Assembly (NCBI GenBank): GCA_045598925.1
Contig: JAZRVC010000027.1
Location: forward strand, 847-64,846
Direction of reading: 5' to 3'
Origin: Alphaproteobacteria bacterium
Lineage (GTDB): Bacteria; Pseudomonadota; Alphaproteobacteria; CAAHEQ01; UBA3637
Length of the DNA stretch: 64,000 nucleotides
The notes under the pieces were generated by a model. The model made no database searches, was not told the origin of the DNA, and saw only the letters and a program-made list of their open reading frames with translations. Position 1 is the first letter of the stretch. Every line of letters begins with the position of its first letter. The position numbers and the translations under genes were made by a program. Positions 57,656 to 64,000 of the stretch are shown in pieces.

Positions 57656-59857
57656 TTATTTTTTAAGTTGAAAACAGACCATACTTAAAGGCGGTAATAC
57701 CACTTGAATCTTATAGGGTTTAAAGTCCCAACCGGGTTCTTGTGTGCGGATGAGCGAATTGTTTTTAACACCACTGCCCCCATAGATATCCAGGTCTGTA
57801 TTAAAAACTTCCGTATAAGCACCCGCTTGATTCACCCCGATTTGATAATCATAACGGGGGACAGGTGTTAAATTCAGTGCCACCACCAAAGCGTTTCCCT
57901 GTTTATCTTTTCGCATAAAAGTCAAGCAAGAACGATTGGTATCCGAACCGTTGATCCATTCAAAGCCCCCTTCTTCACAATCCAGTTCATAAAGTTCAGG
58001 GTGCGCCTGATAAAACAGATTCAAATCACGCACCAGCCTTTGGGCGCCTTTGTGTAAAGGATATTGCAACAAATCCCATTGTAAAGAATCAGCATAATTC
58101 CACTCTTTTGTGGAACCCCACTCTTGCCCCATAAACAAAAGTTTTTTGCCCGGGTGCATAAACAGATAGCCATAATACGCCCTTAAGTTCGCAAATCTTT
58201 GCCACTCATCCCCCGGCATACGACCCAAGATGGTGCCTTTACCATGCACCACTTCATCATGCGAAAGCGGCAACATAAAATTTTCCGTAAAGGCATACAA
58301 AAAACTGAAAGTGAGTTCATTTTGGTGAAATTTACGATACACAGGATTTTCCGACATATATTTTAAAGTATCGTGCATCCACCCCATATTCCATTTAAAG
58401 CCGAAGCCCAAGCCCCCGTTATACACAGGGCACGACACCATCGGCCAAGCGGTGGATTCTTCCGCAATGGTCATCACCCCCGAATTTTCGCCATAAACCA
58501 ATTCATTAAACTTTTTCAAAAAAGCAATCGCCTCTAGATTCTCACGTCCCCCGAATTGATTGGGAAGCCACTCACCCGCTTTTCGGGAATAGTCCAAATA
58601 GAGCATACTGGCCACCGCATCCACACGAATCCCGTCAATATGATATTGGCGCACCCAAAACAAGGCGTTTGCCAATAAAAAGTTGGCCACTTCATTGCGT
58701 CCGTAATTATAAATTTTTGTGCCCCAATCTTTATGTTCGCCTTTGCGGGGATCTGCATGTTCATAAAGGGCTGTTCCGTCAAAATTATTAAGGCCAAAAG
58801 CATCCTTTGGGAAATGCCCGGGCACCCAATCCATAATGACCCCTATTCCTGCTTGGTGCAGGCAATCTATCAAATACTTAAAATCCCCAGGGGTTCCATA
58901 GCGGCTGCTGGGCGCATACATCCCCACAACCTGATAGCCCCAACTGCCATCATAGGGAAATTCTGAAATCGGCAAAAACTCCACATACGTAAAGCCTTGT
59001 TCTTTGACATATCGGGGGAGTTCCCGGGCCATTTCCAAATAAGAATACCACCGATTGCCTTCTTCCTTATTGCGCCGCCAAGACCCCATGTGGACTTCAT
59101 AAACGGACACAGGTCTTTGACGCATATCTTGATTTTGCGCCCGTGCCCGCATCCAATCCCCGTCTTGCCACAGATAAGTGGAATTATCATAAATCAAACT
59201 GCCACTTTTGGGGCGCACTTCACTGACAAAAGCAAACGGATCAGACTTTAACGGCAACAGGCGTCCGTCTTTATCCAACAACTCATACTTATAAATATCC
59301 CATTCGTGAAGGCCGGGGATAAAAATTTCCCAAACACCGCTGTTGCCTCGGGGACGCATTAAATGACGGCGTCCGTCCCAATCATTAAAACTACCCACCA
59401 CACTGACGCGCGTGGCGTTGGGCGCCCACAGGGCAAACACGACACCCGCTACCCCTTGATGTGTGATGAAATGTGCCCCCAGTTTTTCATAAATCTGCCA
59501 ATGTTCACCTTTGCCATACAGGTATAAATCCAAGTCCGACAAAACGGGCCAAAAGCGATAGACATCTTCTGTTTCATAGGTTTTATCATTATACAGGGTG
59601 ATTTTTAATTTATAGGGGAAAAAGTCCTTTTTTTTGGGAAAATGCGCCTGAAATACCCCCTGTCCGATGGCCGACATATCCGCCAAAACTTTCCCTTTTT
59701 CATCCACAACCGACACCGCTTTGGCCTGAGGTTGAACCGTGCGAATCACCAGACCTTTTTTATCACTGGCTTCGTGCATACCCAAAACGGAAAAAGGATC
59801 GCCTTTCAGTTGTCCCCGTTCCAAAACACCAATAATTTCACCGGAAAGTTGTTGCAT
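57656..59857 (-). CDS. glgB: 1,4-alpha-glucan branching enzyme GlgB
   Basis: 733 aa. GH13 motifs are present (...GIRVDAVASMLY..., ...EESTAWP...). Confidence 0.95.
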   Translation of the reverse strand: MQQLSGEIIGVLERGQLKGDPFSVLGMHEASDKKGLVIRTVQPQAKAVSVVDEKGKVLADMSAIGQGVFQAHFPKKKDFFPYKLKITLYNDKTYETEDVYRFWPVLSDLDLYLYGKGEHWQIYEKLGAHFITHQGVAGVVFALWAPNATRVSVVGSFNDWDGRRHLMRPRGNSGVWEIFIPGLHEWDIYKYELLDKDGRLLPLKSDPFAFVSEVRPKSGSLIYDNSTYLWQDGDWMRARAQNQDMRQRPVSVYEVHMGSWRRNKEEGNRWYSYLEMARELPRYVKEQGFTYVEFLPISEFPYDGSWGYQVVGMYAPSSRYGTPGDFKYLIDCLHQAGIGVIMDWVPGHFPKDAFGLNNFDGTALYEHADPRKGEHKDWGTKIYNYGRNEVANFLLANALFWVRQYHIDGIRVDAVASMLYLDYSRKAGEWLPNQFGGRENLEAIAFLKKFNELVYGENSGVMTIAEESTAWPMVSCPVYNGGLGFGFKWNMGWMHDTLKYMSENPVYRKFHQNELTFSFLYAFTENFMLPLSHDEVVHGKGTILGRMPGDEWQRFANLRAYYGYLFMHPGKKLLFMGQEWGSTKEWNYADSLQWDLLQYPLHKGAQRLVRDLNLFYQAHPELYELDCEEGGFEWINGSDTNRSCLTFMRKDKQGNALVVALNLTPVPRYDYQIGVNQAGAYTEVFNTDLDIYGGSGVKNNSLIRTQEPGWDFKPYKIQVVLPPLSMVCFQLKK

Positions 59858-59980
59858 TTTTTCCCCTTATTTTAGTGTTTAAATAACATATCTTTTGTAA
59901 AAAATCAAGAAAAATAAAAAAGACTTGCTTTTCGCATTATTTTTGTTTAGACTAACCCTAAAATTAGAAAGGATATCAAA

Positions 59981-61447
59981 ATGATTGCGTTTTTTAATAA
60001 GTTAGGGAATAGCTGGGTAGCAAAAATTATCTGTGCCGCTTTGGGTATCAGTATGCTCGCCTTTTGGGGATTGGGGGGTATTTCCCTGTCCGCCGGATCA
60101 GATAACACCGCCATTCGTGTCGGGGCCCAAAAAATGTCCATTCAACAACTCAATCAAGCCTTTGAAGTCAAAAAGAATCAACTGTCGCAACTGACAGGGA
60201 CTTATATTTCCCCCAAACAAGCCATTGATAACGGTCTGTTGGATCAAGTGATTCAAGAACAAACAAGTGCAATGATTCAATCTCAATTACAGGAAAAAAT
60301 CGGTTTAACAGCCTCAGATGAAGCCGTTCGTAAATATGTGGAAAACAATCCTGTTTTCAAAGATAACTTGGGTCATTTTGATGCCAACCTGTTCTATGCC
60401 TATTTGGGACAAATGAAAATGAATCAAGAACAATTGGCGGATAAGTTAAAAGATGAGTTGGCTCTACAACATTTAACCAACGCTTTAATGAAATCAGCCC
60501 CGCGGGAAAAGCGTTTGATGACGGCCGCGGCGCAAGCGCAAAAAGAAAAAAGACAAGTGTCTTATTATTTCTTAAAGCAAACAGAAATTCCTGTGGCCAG
60601 CCCCAGCGAAACAGACCTGAAAGACTACTATGAAGCCTATCAGGAACAATTTACTTCCCCTGAATACAGAAAGATTCATTTAGTATTTATCAAACCCGAA
60701 AATTTCCAGGGCGACTATGATAAAATGTATCAAGCCGTCCGTGATTTGGAAGATTTATTAGGGGGCGGTGTTGCGCTGGTTGACGCCAGTAAAAAATTGG
60801 CTTTATCTTACCCAACTGAATTGGTGGTGGATTTTAACGGTAATAACAAGCAAGGTGTCTTGGCCGATAAGCGTTTAAAGGAAAATACCCTGTTGCAGGA
60901 AGTCTTTGTTTTAGATGAAAATGAAGCAACCTCAATCATTGAATATGCCAACGGATTTTTGGTGGCGGAAGTCAAAGAAATTATCCCCAGCACTTATATT
61001 CCTTTCAATCAAGTCAAGGATAAGGTTGTGGCTTTATATAAACAAGAACAACAAAAAGAAAAATTACCCGCCCTTCAACAAGAAATAACGGATAATTTGG
61101 TTCAAAAAAAGACTTGGGGAAAACATACACCTAAAACAGAAGTTGTGTCCAGAACGCAAGCCTCTAACAACATCAAAAAATATCTGCCCGACATTTTTGC
61201 CCAAAAAACGGGTTTTGCCTCTGCAACAGCCTTACCCACACCCAACGGGTATTTCATCTTTGTGGTCAATCAAGTGATTGCGGACAAACAAGTACCGTCT
61301 AAAGCAGAACAAGAAGCGGCTATTCACGTTTGGGCGCAAGACCTGATTCAAGCAGTGCAACAAAACTATACAAAAGATTTGAAAGTCAATGTCCATCAGG
61401 ATACTATTAAAAAAGCATTTGCCACTTATCTAAAAGAAGAAGAATAA
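59981..61447 (+). CDS. Membrane-anchored periplasmic chaperone/peptidyl-prolyl isomerase (PpiD/SurA-N family)
   Basis: An N-terminal TM is followed by a SurA_N-like region and a parvulin-like segment. A candidate promoter is TTGCTT-17-TAGACT at about 59926..59954. Confidence 0.7.
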   Translation: MIAFFNKLGNSWVAKIICAALGISMLAFWGLGGISLSAGSDNTAIRVGAQKMSIQQLNQAFEVKKNQLSQLTGTYISPKQAIDNGLLDQVIQEQTSAMIQSQLQEKIGLTASDEAVRKYVENNPVFKDNLGHFDANLFYAYLGQMKMNQEQLADKLKDELALQHLTNALMKSAPREKRLMTAAAQAQKEKRQVSYYFLKQTEIPVASPSETDLKDYYEAYQEQFTSPEYRKIHLVFIKPENFQGDYDKMYQAVRDLEDLLGGGVALVDASKKLALSYPTELVVDFNGNNKQGVLADKRLKENTLLQEVFVLDENEATSIIEYANGFLVAEVKEIIPSTYIPFNQVKDKVVALYKQEQQKEKLPALQQEITDNLVQKKTWGKHTPKTEVVSRTQASNNIKKYLPDIFAQKTGFASATALPTPNGYFIFVVNQVIADKQVPSKAEQEAAIHVWAQDLIQAVQQNYTKDLKVNVHQDTIKKAFATYLKEEE

Positions 61448-61466
61448 AAACAAAAGAGGGGGAAAT

Positions 61467-62516
61467 ATGACAGAAGAAAAAAAAGGATTTTCGGTTTTTA
61501 AGTTATTGGTCATTTTGTGTATCTTGGCGGGCATTGGGGGAACGATTCTTTTATGCATCCAAAAAGACAGCAAAACAGATTGGCTGACCTATTTAAAAAA
61601 TTCAACCTATCCTGTTATTCAAAAAATCACAGGAACTGTGCATCAGAAAAAACATCTGACACCGGCCCAAGAAAGACGCGTAATTGTTTCGGATGCCGCG
61701 GGAGAACAACAAAAAATAGAGATATCTGAAAAACTTTTTGACGCAACAGAAGCGGTTGCGGAAACACAGGAACTTCCCGCCGTCATTATCAATGAAACAG
61801 AAGAAGTCCCCACAACTGAAATGGATGCGACACCTGACACGGCCCCGCAAGACACCGAGGAAGCGTTAGATTCCATTGTACAAATCATAGAGGCCGAACC
61901 TGTGGAAGAAATAGAATCTGTTCCTGAAGAAGTTCAACCAATGATAGAAGAAGGAACAGACCCTGTTATCAATTTAACAGACGCCCCACCCCCAGAAATA
62001 AGAAAACAGGTTCAGTTAAAATCTGAACCCCATCAAAAAGTTGCGACCTCATACACATGGAAAGATTTTCAAGCAGGTCTTCCCTGTCAGGCTTCGGACA
62101 TTTTAGATGAAAATAATAAGGAAATCAGCAACCTGATTTATTCTTATTGTAAGTTGCCGGAAATGGATGCTTGGCAAAAATGGCAAGACTCTTTCCGTGA
62201 AGGAAAACGCACTTATTTAATCCAACAAAGATTAAAAGAAAAAACAAAGTATATCAAGTATTTAAAAGTATTACCTCATCTTTTATTTGATGTCTATAAA
62301 ACAAACGCAACGGGCAGTTCTTTGGCCGAACAATTAGACCAAATTGAAACTTTAATTGCCAAACGTCAAACACATAAAGCGGTGGAAATGTTGAAAAATA
62401 TCACAGATGATCAGGCGCGGTTGGCTTTGAATCCGGCGCTGACCGAAGGAACTCATCTGATTGAGATTCAAAACTTTTTAAATGCTCGTGCATCTGAAGG
62501 AGGAGAAAATGATTAA
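61467..62516 (+). CDS. Hypothetical membrane protein with an acidic region (HemX-like position upstream of the hemY-like gene)
   Basis: 349 aa. It has an N-terminal TM (VFKLLVILCILAGIGGTILLCI) and a central Glu-rich stretch. Confidence 0.45.
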   Translation: MTEEKKGFSVFKLLVILCILAGIGGTILLCIQKDSKTDWLTYLKNSTYPVIQKITGTVHQKKHLTPAQERRVIVSDAAGEQQKIEISEKLFDATEAVAETQELPAVIINETEEVPTTEMDATPDTAPQDTEEALDSIVQIIEAEPVEEIESVPEEVQPMIEEGTDPVINLTDAPPPEIRKQVQLKSEPHQKVATSYTWKDFQAGLPCQASDILDENNKEISNLIYSYCKLPEMDAWQKWQDSFREGKRTYLIQQRLKEKTKYIKYLKVLPHLLFDVYKTNATGSSLAEQLDQIETLIAKRQTHKAVEMLKNITDDQARLALNPALTEGTHLIEIQNFLNARASEGGEND

Positions 62517-63681
62517 ACTCATCTTGGGGATTTTAATTTTTGCAATAGCGGGTCTGACCATCCAACAATCAGATACCTTTATGAGTATAGATTTTGCGGG
62601 CTATCATATCTACGCGTCTGTTTTCACATGGATTGCGACTTTGCTGGCCTTATTTTTGTGTATCAGGATTATCCTGTTGCCGTTTCGCTGTTTTTCCTTT
62701 TTTGCAAAAAAGTATCAACAACATCAAGAAATCAAGCGCCGCAGTTTTATTGAAATCGTTTTACAGGCCCTTATCAACCAAAATATAGAAAACTTTGAAC
62801 GCTTATCTAAAGAGACCAAAAAGTTTTTTACACCAGAAGAGCCGATTTATTGGGAAATTCAAACCCTGTTATTCCCCACCAAAGAAAATTATCAAAACTT
62901 GACCCGTTTTCCGCAAACAGTGATGGGGGGAATCCGTGGGTTGTTCAGATATGCTGATTCCGATGGCGATTATGAAAAAATGCATCAATTGATAGACAGC
63001 CTGCCCCAAAAGCAGTTATCAACGCCTTGGGCTTTACAGGCTCTATTCCAAATGTCAGCACAGGAAAGCGATTGGGAAAAGGCAATGGAGAATTTGAAAA
63101 AACTAAAATCCCTCTTACCCAAAGCGGAATATAAAGCCAGACGCGCCTGTCTGCTTCTTTTAACGGGAAAAGTCAAAGAAGCCTACAGTTTAGACGCGAC
63201 TCAGCCCGCGATTGCAATTGCTTGGGCGAAACTCAATCCTAAAAAGGCTGTGAAAATTTTACGACCTGTATGGAATGATTTTCAAAACTGGGAAATTTAT
63301 TTGACCTTAAAGCAAATCTGCGCCTCTTTGCCCGCCAAACAACAATGTAAGCAAGTCAAAGAGTTGGTCAAAGACACAAAGCATCAACCATTGGCTTTAT
63401 TGGCGATGGCGGATATTTACCTGACAATTCAAGAACCCGTCAAAGCCAAAGGCGAACTGGACGAGTATTTAAAAGCGCATACCCTCACCCATCAAGTGGC
63501 GCACATGATGGCGCAAGTAGAACGCGATGCTTGGCACCACGAAGATCAGGCTAAGGAATGGGAAGAAAAAGGTAATAAAATTCAAGCTGAAAATGTGTGG
63601 ACTTGCACCAGTTGCGGGTATAAGTCGGCCACATGGCAAGGCTGTTGCCCCACCTGTCATACATTTAACAGTTTAAGATAA
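62509..63681 (+). CDS. HemY-like TPR membrane protein with a C-terminal Cys4 zinc-ribbon
   Basis: MIKLILGILIFAIAGL... (HemY_N-like with 2 TM segments), TPR-like helices and a C-terminal CTSCGYKSATWQGCCPTCH. Start chosen at MIK (62509) rather than the track start 62482. Confidence 0.7.
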   Translation: MIKLILGILIFAIAGLTIQQSDTFMSIDFAGYHIYASVFTWIATLLALFLCIRIILLPFRCFSFFAKKYQQHQEIKRRSFIEIVLQALINQNIENFERLSKETKKFFTPEEPIYWEIQTLLFPTKENYQNLTRFPQTVMGGIRGLFRYADSDGDYEKMHQLIDSLPQKQLSTPWALQALFQMSAQESDWEKAMENLKKLKSLLPKAEYKARRACLLLLTGKVKEAYSLDATQPAIAIAWAKLNPKKAVKILRPVWNDFQNWEIYLTLKQICASLPAKQQCKQVKELVKDTKHQPLALLAMADIYLTIQEPVKAKGELDEYLKAHTLTHQVAHMMAQVERDAWHHEDQAKEWEEKGNKIQAENVWTCTSCGYKSATWQGCCPTCHTFNSLR

Positions 63682-63706
63682 AAGACATTGTACCAAAGGA
63701 GACAGT

Positions 63707-64000
63707 ATGAAACAAAAAAAACGTGAATCCGGCCGCAGTTTATTGGAAATGTTGGCTGTTATTGCTTTAATTGGCATCCTGACAATCGGGGGAATTAAAG
63801 GGTATAGAGCGTTAGCAACACGTTTTGAAGTTCGGGCGGTTGCCGAAGCAATGACACGTTATGTGGTCAAACGTCGGCATGAAGCCATGACCAAAAAAGG
63901 CCGAGAAGAACATGAGCAAACGGTGACAAGCCCAGAAATTCCCCATGGCGTTTCCTTTAAAATTTCAAACGATGTGGTTAATCATTTAATTGTGATTAAA
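63707..64000 (+). CDS. Type-IV-prepilin-like (pseudopilin-like) protein, 5' portion (runs off the window edge)
   Basis: MKQKKRESG|RSLLEMLAVIALIGILTIGGIKGY... is a class III leader with Gly at -1 and Glu at +5. RBS AAGGAGA. It is very similar to the N-terminus of the 1..1105 gene. Confidence 0.65.
   Translation, partial: MKQKKRESGRSLLEMLAVIALIGILTIGGIKGYRALATRFEVRAVAEAMTRYVVKRRHEAMTKKGREEHEQTVTSPEIPHGVSFKISNDVVNHLIVIK

Overview
This is a 64 kb, AT-rich chromosomal segment that is most probably from a host-associated alphaproteobacterium. The evidence is a GcrA cell-cycle regulator (20806..21192), lepB-rnc-era-recO and pal-cpoB(ybgF)-tilS-ftsH synteny, nrdR directly next to nusB with no riboflavin genes, and a canonical tRNA-His with encoded G-1. 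Coding density is high. The housekeeping backbone is mutL (disrupted by an in-frame TAG), uvrB, infA, lepB, rnc, era, recO, xseB, ispA, nth, gcrA, polA, pal, cpoB, tilS, ftsH, mlaC/mlaA, mutY, nusB, nrdR, rpiB, ruvX, a BepA-like M48/TPR protease, a U32 peptidase, glgX/glgB, a PpiD-like chaperone and a HemY-like protein. Interleaved with this backbone is accessory content. (1) At least three genes encode type-IV-prepilin-like leaders (G|xxxxE) fused to very large C-terminal domains (cds <1..1105, 39846..41603, 63707..>64000), and there is a membrane-anchored LamG-like partner (41628..43205). (2) Three paralogous secreted proteins carry eukaryote-like cysteine-rich (GCC2/GCC3- or EGF-like) repeats and a C-type-lectin-like C-terminal module (<1..1105, 23816..26038, 32933..34387). 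One has a (TG)14 simple-sequence repeat and a perfect 10-4-10 palindrome in its promoter region and an internal 150-bp tandem duplication; another carries an in-frame RPE-like palindromic insertion in its leader. (3) There are two AT-rich glycosyltransferase clusters. The second (50003..53795) lies next to a T7-type tail-fibre-like gene and tRNA-Glu, and may be a prophage-derived serotype-conversion island. Two tRNAs (His, Glu), several rho-independent terminators, and duplicated promoters built on a TTGAC-N4-GTCAA palindrome were also identified. No CRISPR arrays, rRNA genes or recognisable transposases were seen.
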